From positions 16,492,001-16,556,000 of the forward strand of contig OZ024752.1 in NCBI GenBank assembly GCA_964016885.1: a stretch of DNA of 64,000 nucleotides. Reading direction: 5' to 3'. The notes beneath the pieces are model-generated. The model made no database searches and was not told where the DNA came from. It saw only the letters and a list, made by a program, of their open reading frames with translations. Both the position numbers and the translations under genes were made by a program. Within the stretch, counting starts at the first letter, position 1. Each line of letters opens with the position of its first letter. Source of the stretch: Eledone cirrhosa. Taxonomy: Eukaryota. Below are positions 17,182 to 31,683 of this stretch, one piece after another.

Positions 17182-17859
17182 TTACGTATTTCTGCAATTA
17201 CAACCATACGTAAGATGGTTGTTGGGGGTACCTATACCATTCTCATTAATCCTTGAGCTATTCCTATTGTAATTAATGTTAGCGGGAGAATGAGTGCTGC
17301 TTTGTAGGTGGTTTAGTGCTGGAGTTGTATTGGGATTTTGTGTTCTGTTGTTTTTGTGTTGGTGATTTGGGTGGTTGTGTTTTCCAGGTTGAAAGATTGT
17401 ATTATTTGTCCTTTTAAAGGGTGCAATCCTATTTAAATTATGTTCTGGTGGTGTGGTCATATTATTTTTAAATTTATAAATGTTGTAGTCGCTTATTTTT
17501 TGCTGGAGATTGTTTGATGTAGAGTATGAGAATTTAACAGTATATCTGTTAAATATTTGGTGGTATCTGTGGTTTGGTGGAAAATATTTATGTAGAATTT
17601 CGAAGAATTTTGGGGGGATTTGTCCAATAGTGTGCAGGTTGAAGGGTGCGTTGTACCATGTTATGTTTCTTTTGCGGTTTTTAATTAAGTTCTTATTACC
17701 ATTTATATTATTGTGTTGTGTTCTAGAAGAGTTCCTATGGTTAGTATCCGTATTTGTGGAATTTGGTAAATTGCAGTGGTTGTATTTGGTGTTATTATTG
17801 GGTAGATTATAAGATTTTGAATGCTTGGTATTCATATGTGAGTTGATAACATTGATCAT
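17182..17859 (-). pseudogene. Penelope-like element fragment (RT-to-GIY-YIG linker); copies at 24625-25302 and 32101-32778
   Basis: NRKRNITWYNAPF...KFFEILHKYFPPNHRYHQIFNRYTVKFSYS...GCNCR is homologous to the RKIIWFTPP...SCSCR block of the 19832-20782 PLE protein. Confidence 0.8.
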
Positions 17860-17990
17860 AGATCGTGTAGTAATAGTTGTTGTGGTTTATCGGTTGTTTG
17901 GTGTAATAGGAATAACCCCTTTAATGGTATTTTTTGGTGTTTTGGGTGTTTGTAGTTATACCAGTTGCATTTTCGATTTCATCTCTTTTT

Positions 17991-18080
<90 letters not shown>

Positions 18081-18082
18081 AA

Positions 18083-18340
18083 GATGAAATCGAAAATGCA
18101 ACTGGAGTCTTATTTAAAAAAAAAAAAAATATTTATTTGGTTCCTTTACCAGTTTCGCAGTTCTTCTGCTTTTCAAAAGTAGGGTCTGTGCTTTTTCTCA
18201 CAGATGTGAGAAAAACTACAGACCCTCCATCTCAACTCTACCTTTGAAAAGCAGAAGAACTGCGAAACCGGTAAAGGAACCAAATAAATATATATATATT
18301 TTTTTTAAATAAGACTCCAGTTGCATTTTCGATTTCATCT
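18083..18340. ncRNA. Fold-back module with two opposed minimal hammerheads (- 18143-18180, + 18241-18277); copies at ~25534-25790, 33028-33285, 38323-38581, 38705-39003
   Basis: Consensus cctt TTGAAAA gcag-aagaa-ctgc GAAA ccgg TA^ aagg on each arm of a near-perfect palindrome. Confidence 0.75.
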
Positions 18341-18408
18341 TTTTTTCTTTATACTTTCACTCGTGTAGGACACCTCGGTTATTTTTCATTTTGTAAAAAA
18401 AACCTCAC

Positions 18409-18518
<110 letters not shown>

Positions 18519-18544
18519 AATGTATAAAAATCAATACAATATAA

Positions 18545-18620
18545 TTACCTCATTACCAGAGGTTTCCCGAATGAGGCGAATACGAAATAAACGACTTCAT
18601 TCGTTCGTCAGACGAGGCAA
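18545..18620 (-). ncRNA. PLE pseudo-LTR type I hammerhead; copies at - 26012-26087, - 33530-33605, + 38047-38122
   Basis: ttgcctcgt CTGACGA a cgaatga...tcattcg g GAAA c-ctctg-g TA^ atgaggtaa. 9-bp stem I, 7-bp stem II with an A.G mismatch at its base; same strand as, and ~1.2 kb downstream of, the PLE ORF. Confidence 0.75.
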
Positions 18621-19386
18621 TATAAAACATGGGCAAATACTTAGAAAAACACATCAAGAAAATCAAAAAAAGATATAGATAAATGAAATAGAAATTGAAA
18701 TATATAAAAATCTATCAAGAAATATAGTTAGGTGTGTGTATATGTATGTATATACGCTCACAGATGTGTATATATGTATATGCGCACATGTATGTGTATA
18801 GTGAGAAAATGTGCGTAATTCTAAAATTTAGGGCAAATGTATCTATATGTCTGTATTATACAGACAGAAATGGTTACATCGTAAATATATGAATATGAAA
18901 GCGCGCGCATAAAACGCCTGCACACTCGTACACTTAGATGCGGAAAGAAAGGAAGTAAGGGAGTGTAATAATTAAAAGAAAAGTATCAGTCTCGATATAT
19001 TTATAAAAATATAATAACGATAAATTAGAAAGAAAAGATATTAGAAAGAAAAAATTAAAGAAAACAAAAAAGGGGGGTACATACATACACAGACACGCGT
19101 GTCTCACAAAAGAAATGTAAAAATAATTATGCTTATATACACACGCGCACTTACACATCCATACGTTCGATACGTACATACACACACACACACATGCTTA
19201 TACTCACGCATATAAACCTGTTTGCATGCCCACGTATGAAACTGAGTAAGTAAAAAAAGGGAAGGGGGGGGGGAGAAAAAAGGAACAAAACATAAAACCG
19301 AGATATCAAAAACACAGATATAAAGACACGTACACATACGCATAATATATACATACACACGCACACCTGTACACACACATATATAT

Positions 19387-19429
<43 letters not shown>

Positions 19430-19831
19430 CATACACGCACGCGCGCGCACACACGTAGTCACTCATGTACATATATAAAAAGTATACACACATTAAGGCG
19501 TTCAGCCATATTGATACAGGGTGTAAAAAACTTGTGGATAAATAAGTACAAATATAAAATTGTAAGATAGGCTGCGCAAAAATAAAATAAAAATAAAAAT
19601 GAAAAATATATCTGGATTGAAAAACACAAAAGACAAGTGTAATCAGTTAGTGGAGGAAAAAGGGAAGTAAAAGAAGGGGAGGTAAAAAATAGAAAATAGG
19701 AAGTGGATCGGAGAATAAAGGGGGGGGGGGGTGAAGTAAAAATAAATAAAAGTGAAAATAAATGAAATTAATGACAAGGATAAAAATGAAAGTAAGTCAG
19801 AAAGGGTAATTAAAAAGAGAATAATAAGAGT

Positions 19832-20796
19832 TTATGGAGGATAAGTATCTGAAAGTGTGTTAAGTTTATATGAGCTGGAAAGCAGGTGTGATTTCATGTG
19901 TAGGCAACTGGTGAAAATTTCCGTCTTTGTGTTCAGGCAGGTCTTTGGTGATTTAAGATTTTGCAATATCCAAAATTTTTCATTTATGCAGAGCGTGCAT
20001 TTTCTTGTTCCTCTAGCATATTTTTTAGATTGGTTCAAAATTGACCAATCTAGTTTATATTGGATGCCTTGGTCTTTCAAATCCCAAATTCTGCTAGCCA
20101 GAGCTGTTGTAAATCTTTTTTCTGGATGTCGAAAGGATGCGACATGTGAGTAATAACGCGTTTTGAATTTGTCTTGCGTCATACCCACATATCGTTCACT
20201 GGTGGCTGGATGGTTGTTGCTGATGGTTGTCAATTTAGCCGCATATACAATGGCTTTGGTGTTGCATTTACCTTGTAATGGGCATTCACTTTTGATTCTA
20301 CAGGAGCAAGATTGATTTTCTCTAGGTGATATTTTGTTGAGGATATAGGACTTAATAGGGGGACCGCAGGAATAGCTAATTTTAACACAGTTTCTGTTAA
20401 AGATCTTATAGTATCTATGTGTTCTAGGGAAATGTTTATCTAGGAGTTCTAGGAATTTTTTGCCTACATTAGTTTTAACTGCTAGAGAGTAGGGGGGGGG
20501 GGTGAACCAGATTATTTTTCTTTTCCTATTTTTATGTTTAATAGAGTTAGTGTAGTTAGGTATGTATTTAATCGGTTCGCTAAAGCCGCTATTTTGGAGG
20601 GCTTTATTATAGTAGGGGGATGCCTTATTAAAAATAGCTTCTGAGGAAGAGAGGGTGGAGATCTTACGGCTAATATTAGGGATAAGGTTTTTAAAAACTA
20701 TAGGTGGATGGCAAGATCCTTTATTTATATATTTTAAGTTTTCATTAGGTTTATGGTATGGTTTATAAGAAGCAGTAGGCAAATCTAGGTTTATAT
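19832..20796 (-). mobile_element. 5'-truncated Penelope-like element ORF: RT thumb, Cys-rich linker and GIY-YIG endonuclease; copies at 27318-28284 and 34814-35791
   Basis: YKPYHKPN...INKGSCHPP, RKIIWFTPPPYS, CSCRIKSECPLQGKC, IVYAAK...YVGMT..FKTRYYSH, CTLCINEK. Open for 316 aa in copy 1, frameshifted at a poly-C run in the others. Confidence 0.9.
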
Positions 20797-21317
20797 CTTA
20801 AAATTACTATTGACACTAACCTTTCCAACGTAGATTTCCTAGATATAAACCTAGATTTGCCTACTGCTTCTTATAAACCATGATTATGATTTTACATAAC
20901 TACTACTATATACAGAGATAAGATAAACGCTACTAATCTCCCAGTTTTTCATGTTCAGTAACTCCAGCGACTTGTATATTTATAAAAATGTGAATATGAT
21001 TTGTTGAAATTGTTCAACTCTATTCAAATATCATCATTACCGTTTTATGTCCATTCTACAACTGGGTACTTTTTTTTTTAACCTTGGTGTCTACACGACC
21101 ACTTTACGGTGGGAAGGGATGGCGGCATACTGTCAATATGCTTCAGCTTCAGCTTATACCCGGGGAAAGTCGGGTCTTCTGTAAATAATTTAAATGGAAA
21201 AAAAAAAAAAAAAAAATTAATTTAACAATAACCACGCTTCAGAATATTATATTGAATATTATACAACTCATTATATAGATGACATTCAACATTAGCGAGT
21301 ATAATTTTTTATTTTAA

Positions 21318-21486
21318 CCCTTTAGCATTTAAATCAGCCATTTCCGTCCAGAATTCTCTCACCTCTTTCTGTTCAAACCGGCTGTAACCGGCTACTCATA
21401 CTGGTGTTAAGGTATTGTTCTTAAAATAAATAATATCAAAATCTCATAGATTCGATATTATTTACCACAAAAATATAAATAAAGGG
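21318..21486. mobile_element. piggyBac-like MITE with TTAA target duplication (copy at 28806-28974)
   Basis: TTAA|CCCTTTA...TAAAGGG|TTAA. Confidence 0.6.
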
Positions 21487-21529
21487 TTAAATCGTCCAGG
21501 TAATTAATTATATTTTTTTTTATCTTTGA

Positions 21530-21900
21530 TTTTATATTTTTTTGTTTTTTAAATCTAAAGACTTCATCATAAACAATGTTTTCAACTTTTTCCTCTTTTG
21601 TGTAGTAATAAAGATTATTAGACTCTCCCAATCTTGAAAGTGATACATATAGTTGTCCATGAGAAAATACTTCATTTTTAAGATTGATACCAACTTTTTT
21701 AAATGTTTGACGTTGTGATTTATTTATTGTCATAGCAAAAGATAGTTTAACTAGAAATTGTAATCTTGTAAACCTCACTGGCTTCTCTGCAAATAATATA
21801 ATTCTTGTTTAAAGCATCTTTTAAAAGTGTATATTTTTTTACCTTGAGCTTGGTTTAGTTGCCTTTTAATATACAATAGTTGTTCAAACTTAATTTTGGC
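21530..21900 (-). pseudogene. Helitron PIF1-like helicase C-terminal fragment (copy at ~29018-29388)
   Basis: [54 protein letters not shown]. Confidence 0.88.
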
Positions 21901-22500
21901 ATGGTGGCTGCCAACTCGTTTTCGAGTACGGCCACTACTTTATATCCAAGTAGGAGATCCCCTACCGATGCGCTGAACAAGTGTGACTTTTTAGTCCGAC
22001 TTGAAAACTCTGGTACAAACACTACACTTGTGACAATTATTGACACATAGTGCTGGGCCCATGGTACCATGTGACGACAAGTGCAGAGATCTCCAGATAT
22101 AAAGCAATGCCTGTGCCGTCAAGCTTTTATAGTGAGCAAAGGCACTGCACAAAGCCAGTCCCACTCTCTTAACCAGGATGATATTTACCAAAAAGAACAA
22201 GTCAACATCATTGGATACCATCAGGGTTGCAGGTGTTATATCAGAGTTTTCCTTCTCCTAGAATTCTGCCTTGACAAAGGCTAAGGGGTCATCACTCCCG
22301 GTGATTTTGGATGGCCATTGACTCTTAAGAGCTCCTTTGCCCTTTGACAGGTTTTGTTTTTAGTCCTGCAGGATGTCCAAAGTCACCCTCCTCACCAAGA
22401 AACCTTGGTGGGGTTGCCAGTTTAGTCGCCAACGACCCGACCATGAGACAGGTTGTACTGGGATACATGTTACCAGTAGCACCAACTGGTGACCTGACAT
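21900..22500 (-). mobile_element. RTE-derived non-autonomous element (copy at 29388-29988)
   Basis: Near-identical to 10571-11149. Confidence 0.7.
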
Positions 22501-22647
22501 AATTGCCAAAATTGAGTTTGAACAACTATTGTATATTAAAAAGCAACTAAACGAAGCCCAAGGTGAAAAAATATACACTTTTAAAAGATGCTTTAAACAA
22601 GAATTATATTATTTGCAGAGAAGCCAGTGAGGTTTACAAGATTACAA

Positions 22648-23040
22648 TTTTGGCATACATATCAACTAAATACATTTGGAATAATCGTTTACATCTTACA
22701 ATTTGATTCCAAGTATTTCTTAGTTGTAAATGATGTGCATAATATTGCCTGCATGTAACGTTCTTATTTGGGACTGTTTGATTTGTATTTGGGTTGTATA
22801 AAGGTAAATCCAACGAATAGCTATCCTTTCCTCTCCAATGAATCAAAGGATATTGTAATGAATCATAGGATCTATGTAATTCATTGATTTTCTTTACAGT
22901 GTTATCTTTATAAGTAAAAATGAGGTTTCTTCGTGGACATTCAGTTTCAACCATTACTAATCCCACACCGTTAGATACTCAGTCATTGTACCTTCGTGCA
23001 TGCTCACCAGCTGGTGTTCTATCCTCAAAAATTGTAGAAA
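22648..23040 (-). pseudogene. Helitron RepHel N-terminal region fragment (copy at ~30136-30528)
   Basis: DRTPAGEHARRYN; INELHRSYDSLQYPLIHWRG; VTCRQYYAHHLQLR; RLFQMYLVDMYAKI. Confidence 0.88.
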
Positions 23041-24098
23041 ATATTTGTTTGTTTCTTAATTCATATATTCTCCTATATCGTTTATATAGTATTGACTCTC
23101 TGAACAGATGTTTATTGAGGTTTTTAGTGAACCTAAGATTAACTGCCATAAGGCTATTGTTGAAAATATTAGAAATCAATGCAAACACCATAAAAGATGT
23201 TATTTTCAGTGGAGTGAAATACATATATCCCCAACACTACTATACACAGATACAAGTTAGTATAACTATATAGTGTAGTAAAATATACAATAATAAGTTA
23301 GTATAACTACATAGTGTAATATACAATAATTGTTTCTACATTTTGGCACAAGGCCAGTAATTATCCCAGTGTATTACTGGTACTTTATTTTATCGACCCC
23401 CGTTAGGATGAAAGGCAAAGTTAACCTTGGCGGGATTTGAACTCAGTCCGTAAAGGGCCGTAACTGTGCTACAAAGCATGGCGTCTGACCCTCTACCGAT
23501 ACTGCTAATACACCACCCTTTGTGTAGTTAGAATGAAAGTTTAATGTAAAATAAGAGAAATACAACAAATGTAAATCATTAGAAGGTGAGATACAGTAGG
23601 TGACAGTAAACACTCTCATCCGGTCAATAATGTAATAATTCAAGGTATTTACGTAGTCTGGTATTTTTCGGTACCCACCTGTGGAAAGACAAAGACACTT
23701 GTATTTTCTCTCGGATCTCGAATAATGCCCCCCCCCCCCCTCACCAGCTTATTAAATTTTGTTTCAGTGGAACTCCATTCACATGCAGAGTGCAATGCGC
23801 ATGCTTACATTACTAGAAATCCTATACATTATATAATAAATAGGATGGGTTAGGTCTCAATATGTAAATTAAATGATTAATTCTGGTTTTAAAAAAGTCA
23901 ATGGAGACAAACTAGAAAAATTACAGATTTTTCAGTCCCCCACCCCCCTTATTCCCCCAGCCATACTTATTCCAACCCCTCACTTACTCCCTCACCCCAC
24001 TTATTCACCCCACTCCATTATTTGGGATGTGAAAGAAAGGTCGTATGGGTGACTTATGGCATTTCTAGGGCATTTTACATCTGTCTGTTTGTCTGTCA

Positions 24099-24207
<109 letters not shown>

Positions 24208-25433
24208 TAAAACAATGATTAAAAAATCAAGTCATTAGAAATATACTTCACTGCTTTACGATCGTTTCTAGGTGATGATAATACATCGTAACTATACTTC
24301 GTTATCGATCTATGTAAGGTTAGTTACAAAATATCAGATAAGGAGAATATTTACTTACATGCATATCACCAGCTGTTTTCAAAAGCAATAATAATTTTAT
24401 TCAAAATTAGTAGTAAATTAGTATTATGTTTAGTTCTATGACCTTATTTGGAGGTAGCTGAAGAACTAACCAATCAGATTGTTTTTTTCCATATGATGTT
24501 AAGATGAAATCTCATATATCCCCAACACTACTATGGACCAAAATATAAAACCTAGCAAAAACTACAAACACCCAAAACACCAAAAAATACCATTAAAGGG
24601 GTTATGGTACCCCCAACAACCATCTTACGTATTTCTGCAATTACAACCATACGTAAGATGGTTGTTGGGGGTACCTATACCATTCTCATTAATCCTTGAG
24701 CTATTCCTATTGTAATTAATGTTAGCGGGAGAATGAGTGCTGCTTTGTAGGTGGTTTAGTGCTGGAGTTGTATTGGGATTTTGTGTTCTGTTGTTTTTGT
24801 GTTGGTGATTTGGGTGGTTGTGTTTTCCAGGTTGAAAGATTGTATTATTTGTCCTTTTAAAGGGTGCAATCCTATTTAAATTATGTTCTGGTGGTGTGGT
24901 CATATTATTTTTAAATTTATAAATGTTGTAGTCGCTTATTTTTTGCTGGAGATTGTTTGATGTAGAGTATGAGAATTTAACAGTATATCTGTTAAATATT
25001 TGGTGGTATCTGTGGTTTGGTGGAAAATATTTATGTAGAATTTCGAAGAATTTTGGGGGGATTTGTCCAATAGTGTGCAGGTTGAAGGGTGCGTTGTACC
25101 ATGTTATGTTTCTTTTGCGGTTTTTAATTAAGTTCTTATTACCATTTATATTATTGTGTTGTGTTCTAGAAGAGTTCCTATGGTTAGTATCCGTATTTGT
25201 GGAATTTGGTAAATTGCAGTGGTTGTATTTGGTGTTATTATTGGGTAGATTATAAGATTTTGAATGCTTGGTATTCATATGTGAGTTGATAACATTGATC
25301 ATAGATCGTGTAGTAATAGTTGTTGTGGTTTATCGGTTGTTTGGTGTAATAGGAATAACCCCTTTAATGGTATTTTTTGGTGTTTTGGGTGTTTGTAGTT
25401 ATACCAGTTGCATTTTCGATTTCATCTCTTTTT

Positions 25434-25529
<96 letters not shown>

Positions 25530-25859
25530 GGAAGATGAAATCGAAAATGCAACTGGAGTCTTATTTAAAAAAAAAAAAAATATTTATTTGGTTCCTTTAC
25601 CAGTTTCGCAGTTCTTCTGCTTTTCAAAAGTAGGGTCTGTGCTTTTTCTCACAGATGTGAGAAAAACTACAGACCCTCCATCTCAACTCTACCTTTGAAA
25701 AGCAGAAGAACTGCGAAACCGGTAAAGGAACCAAATAAATATATATATATTTTTTTTAAATAAGACTCCAGTTGCATTTTCGATTTCATCTTTTTTTCTT
25801 TATACTTTCACTCGTGTAGGACACCTCGGTTATTTTTCATTTTGTAAAAAAAACCTCAC

Positions 25860-25985
<126 letters not shown>

Positions 25986-28900
25986 AATGTATAAAAATCA
26001 ATACAATATAATTACCTCATTACCAGAGGTTTCCCGAATGAGGCGAATACGAAATAAACGACTTCATTCGTTCGTCAGACGAGGCAATATAAAACATGGG
26101 CAAATACTTAGAAAAACACATCAAGAAAATCAAAAAAAGATATAGATAAATGAAATAGAAATTGAAATATATAAAAATCTATCAAGAAATATAGTTAGGT
26201 GTGTGTATATGTATGTATATACGCTCACAGATGTGTATATATGTATATGCGCACATGTATGTGTATAGTGAGAAAATGTGCGTAATTCTAAAATTTAGGG
26301 CAAATGTATCTATATGTCTGTATTATACAGACAGAAATGGTTACATCGTAAATATATGAATATGAAAGCGCGCGCATAAAACGCCTGCACACTCGTACAC
26401 TTAGATGCGGAAAGAAAGGAAGTAAGGGAGTGTAATAATTAAAAGAAAAGTATCAGTCTCGATATATTTATAAAAATATAATAACGATAAATTAGAAAGA
26501 AAAGATATTAGAAAGAAAAAATTAAAGAAAACAAAAAAGGGGGGTACATACATACACAGACACGCGTGTCTCACAAAAGAAATGTAAAAATAATTATGCT
26601 TATATACACACGCGCACTTACACATCCATACGTTCGATACGTACATACACACACACACACACACATGCTTATACTCACGCATATAAACCTGTTTGCATGC
26701 CCACGTATGAAACTGAGTAAGTAAAAAAAGGGAAGGGGGGGGGGGGAGAAAAAAGGAACAAAACATAAAACCGAGATATCAAAAACACAGATATAAAGAC
26801 ACGTACACATACGCATAATATATACATACACACGCACACAAACACCTGTACACACACATATATATACACACACATATATATATATATATATATTTATATA
26901 CATATACATACACGCACGCGCGCGCACACACGTAGTCACTCATGTACATATATAAAAAGTATACACACATTAAGGCGTTCAGCCATATTGATACAGGGTG
27001 TAAAAAACTTGTGGATAAATAAGTACAAATATAAAATTGTAAGATAGGCTGCGCAAAAATAAAATAAAAATAAAAATAAAAATGAAAAATATATCTGGAT
27101 TGAAAAACACAAAAGACAAGTGTAATCAGTTAGTGGAGGAAAAAGGGAAGTAAAAGAAGGGGAAGTAAAAAATAGAAAATAGGAAGTGGATCGGAGAATA
27201 AAGGGGGGGGGGGGGGGTGAAGTAAAAATAAATAAAAGTGAAAATAAATGAAATTAATGACAAGGATAAAAATGAAAGTAAGTCAGAAAGGGTAATTAAA
27301 AAGAGAATAATAAGAGTTTATGGAGGATAAGTATCTGAAAGTGTGTTAAGTTTATATGAGCTGGAAAGCAGGTGTGATTTCATGTGTAGGCAACTGGTGA
27401 AAATTTCCGTCTTTGTGTTCAGGCAGGTCTTTGGTGATTTAAGATTTTGCAATATCCAAAATTTTTCATTTATGCAGAGCGTGCATTTTCTTGTTCCTCT
27501 AGCATATTTTTTAGATTGGTTCAAAATTGACCAATCTAGTTTATATTGGATGCCTTGGTCTTTCAAATCCCAAATTCTGCTAGCCAGAGCTGTTGTAAAT
27601 CTTTTTTCTGGATGTCGAAAGGATGCGACATGTGAGTAATAACGCGTTTTGAATTTGTCTTGCGTCATACCCACATATCGTTCACTGGTGGCTGGATGGT
27701 TGTTGCTGATGGTTGTCAATTTAGCCGCATATACAATGGCTTTGGTGTTGCATTTACCTTGTAATGGGCATTCACTTTTGATTCTACAGGAGCAAGATTG
27801 ATTTTCTCTAGGTGATATTTTGTTGAGGATATAGGACTTAATAGGGGGACCGCAGGAATAGCTAATTTTAACACAGTTTCTGTTAAAGATCTTATAGTAT
27901 CTATGTGTTCTAGGGAAATGTTTATCTAGGAGTTCTAGGAATTTTTTGCCTACATTAGTTTTAACTGCTAGAGAGTAGGGGGGGGGGGGGTGAACCAGAT
28001 TATTTTTCTTTTCCTATTTTTATGTTTAATAGAGTTAGTGTAGTTAGGTATGTATTTAATCGGTTCGCTAAAGCCGCTATTTTGGAGGGCTTTATTATAG
28101 TAGGGGGATGCCTTATTAAAAATAGCTTCTGAGGAAGAGAGGGTGGAGATCTTACGGCTAATATTAGGGATAAGGTTTTTAAAAACTATAGGTGGATGGC
28201 AAGATCCTTTATTTATATATTTTAAGTTTTCATTAGGTTTATGGTATGGTTTATAAGAAGCAGTAGGCAAATCTAGGTTTATATCTTAAAATTACTATTG
28301 ACACTAACCTTTCCAACGTAGATTTCCTAGATATAAACCTAGATTTGCCTACTGCTTCTTATAAACCATGATTATGATTTTACATAACTACTACTATATA
28401 CAGAGATAAGATAAACGCTACTAATCTCCCAGTTTTTCATGTTCAGTAACTCCAGCGACTTGTATATTTATAAAAATGTGAATATGATTTGTTGAAATTG
28501 TTCAACTCTATTCAAATATCATCATTACCGTTTTATGTCCATTCTACAACTGGGTACTTTTTTTTTTAACCTTGGTGTCTACACGACCACTTTACGGTGG
28601 GAAGGGATGGCGGCATACTGTCAATATGCTTCAGCTTCAGCTTATACCCGGGGAAAGTCGGGTCTTCTGTAAATAATTTAAATGGAAAAAAAAAAAAAAA
28701 AAAATTAATTTAACAATAACCACGCTTCAGAATATTATATTGAATATTATACAACTCATTATATAGATGACATTCAACATTAGCGAGTATAATTTTTTAT
28801 TTTAACCCTTTAGCATTTAAATCAGCCATTTCCGTCCAGAATTCTCTCACCTCTTTCTGTTCAAACCGGCTGTAACCGGCTACTCATACTGGTGTTAAGG

Positions 28901-31583
28901 TATTGTTCTTAAAATAAATAATATCAAAATCTCATAGATTCGATATTATTTACCACAAAAATATAAATAAAGGGTTAAATCGTCCAGGTAATTAATTATA
29001 TTTTTTTTTATCTTTGATTTTATATTTTTTTGTTTTTTAAATCTAAAGACTTCATCATAAACAATGTTTTCAACTTTTTCCTCTTTTGTGTAGTAATAAA
29101 GATTATTAGACTCTCCCAATCTTGAAAGTGATACATATAGTTGTCCATGAGAAAATACTTCATTTTTAAGATTGATACCAACTTTTTTAAATGTTTGACG
29201 TTGTGATTTATTTATTGTCATAGCAAAAGATAGTTTAACTAGAAATTGTAATCTTGTAAACCTCACTGGCTTCTCTGCAAATAATATAATTCTTGTTTAA
29301 AGCATCTTTTAAAAGTGTATATTTTTTTACCTTGAGCTTGGTTTAGTTGCCTTTTAATATACAATAGTTGTTCAAACTTAATTTTGGCATGGTGGCTGCC
29401 AACTCGTTTTCGAGTACGGCCACTACTTTATATCCAAGTAGGAGATCCCCTACCGATGCGCTGAACAAGTGTGACTTTTTAGTCCGACTTGAAAACTCTG
29501 GTACAAACACTACACTTGTGACAATTATTGACACATAGTGCTGGGCCCATGGTACCATGTGACGACAAGTGCAGAGATCTCCAGATATAAAGCAATGCCT
29601 GTGCCGTCAAGCTTTTATAGTGAGCAAAGGCACTGCACAAAGCCAGTCCCACTCTCTTAACCAGGATGATATTTACCAAAAAGAACAAGTCAACATCATT
29701 GGATACCATCAGGGTTGCAGGTGTTATATCAGAGTTTTCCTTCTCCTAGAATTCTGCCTTGACAAAGGCTAAGGGGTCATCACTCCCGGTGATTTTGGAT
29801 GGCCATTGACTCTTAAGAGCTCCTTTGCCCTTTGACAGGTTTTGTTTTTAGTCCTGCAGGATGTCCAAAGTCACCCTCCTCACCAAGAAACCTTGGTGGG
29901 GTTGCCAGTTTAGTCGCCAACGACCCGACCATGAGACAGGTTGTACTGGGATACATGTTACCAGTAGCACCAACTGGTGACCTGACATAATTGCCAAAAT
30001 TGAGTTTGAACAACTATTGTATATTAAAAAGCAACTAAACGAAGCCCAAGGTGAAAAAATATACACTTTTAAAAGATGCTTTAAACAAGAATTATATTAT
30101 TTGCAGAGAAGCCAGTGAGGTTTACAAGATTACAATTTTGGCATACATATCAACTAAATACATTTGGAATAATCGTTTACATCTTACAATTTGATTCCAA
30201 GTATTTCTTAGTTGTAAATGATGTGCATAATATTGCCTGCATGTAACGTTCTTATTTGGGACTGTTTGATTTGTATTTGGGTTGTATAAAGGTAAATCCA
30301 ACGAATAGCTATCCTTTCCTCTCCAATGAATCAAAGGATATTGTAATGAATCATAGGATCTATGTAATTCATTGATTTTCTTTACAGTGTTATCTTTATA
30401 AGTAAAAATGAGGTTTCTTCGTGGACATTCAGTTTCAACCATTACTAATCCCACACCGTTAGATACTCAGTCATTGTACCTTCGTGCATGCTCACCAGCT
30501 GGTGTTCTATCCTCAAAAATTGTAGAAAATATTTGTTTGTTTCTTAATTCATATATTCTCCTATATCGTTTATATAGTATTGACTCTCTGAACAGATGTT
30601 TATTGAGGTTTTTAGTGAACCTAAGATTAACTGCCATAAGGCTATTGTTGAAAATATTAGAAATCAATGCAAACACCATAAAAGATGTTATTTTCAGTGG
30701 AGTGAAATACATATATCCCCAACACTACTATACACAGATACAAGTTAGTATAACTATATAGTGTAGTAAAATATACAATAATAAGTTAGTATAACTACAT
30801 AGTGTAATATACAATAATTGTTTCTACATTTTGGCACAAGGCCAGTAATTATCCCAGTGTATTACTGGTACTTTATTTTATCGACCCCCGTTAGGATGAA
30901 AGGCAAAGTTAACCTTGGCGGGATTTGAACTCAGTCCGTAAAGGGCCGTAACTGTGCTACAAAGCATGGCGTCTGACCCTCTACCGATACTGCTAATACA
31001 CCACCCTTTGTGTAGTTAGAATGAAAGTTTAATGTAAAATAAGAGAAATACAACAAATGTAAATCATTAGAAGGTGAGATACAGTAGGTGACAGTAAACA
31101 CTCTCATCCGGTCAATAATGTAATAATTCAAGGTATTTACGTAGTCTGGTATTTTTCGGTACCCACCTGTGGAAAGACAAAGACACTTGTATTTTCTCTC
31201 GGATCTCGAATAATGCCCCCCCCCCTCACCAGCTTATTAAATTTTGTTTCAGTGGAACTCCATTCACATGCAGAGTGCAATGCGCATGCTTACATTACTA
31301 GAAATCCTATACATTATATAATAAATAGGATGGGTTAGGTCTCAATATGTAAATTAAATGATTAATTCTGGTTTTAAAAAAGTCAATGGAGACAAACTAG
31401 AAAAATTACAGATTTTTCAGTCCCCCACCCCCCTTATTCCCCCAGCCATACTTATTCCAACCCCTCACTTACTCCCTCACCCCACTTATTCACCCCACTC
31501 CATTATTTGGGATGTGAAAGAAAGGTCGTATGGGTGACTTATGGCATTTCTAGGGCATTTTACATCTGTCTGTTTGTCTGTCA

Positions 31584-31683
<100 letters not shown>

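Noticed and set aside
21157-21185. Helitron-like 3' hairpin (acccg...cgggt) as the terminus of the 7.5-kb unit
   Set aside because: Opposite orientation to the unit's RepHel fragments, no CTRR end, and not at the array junction.
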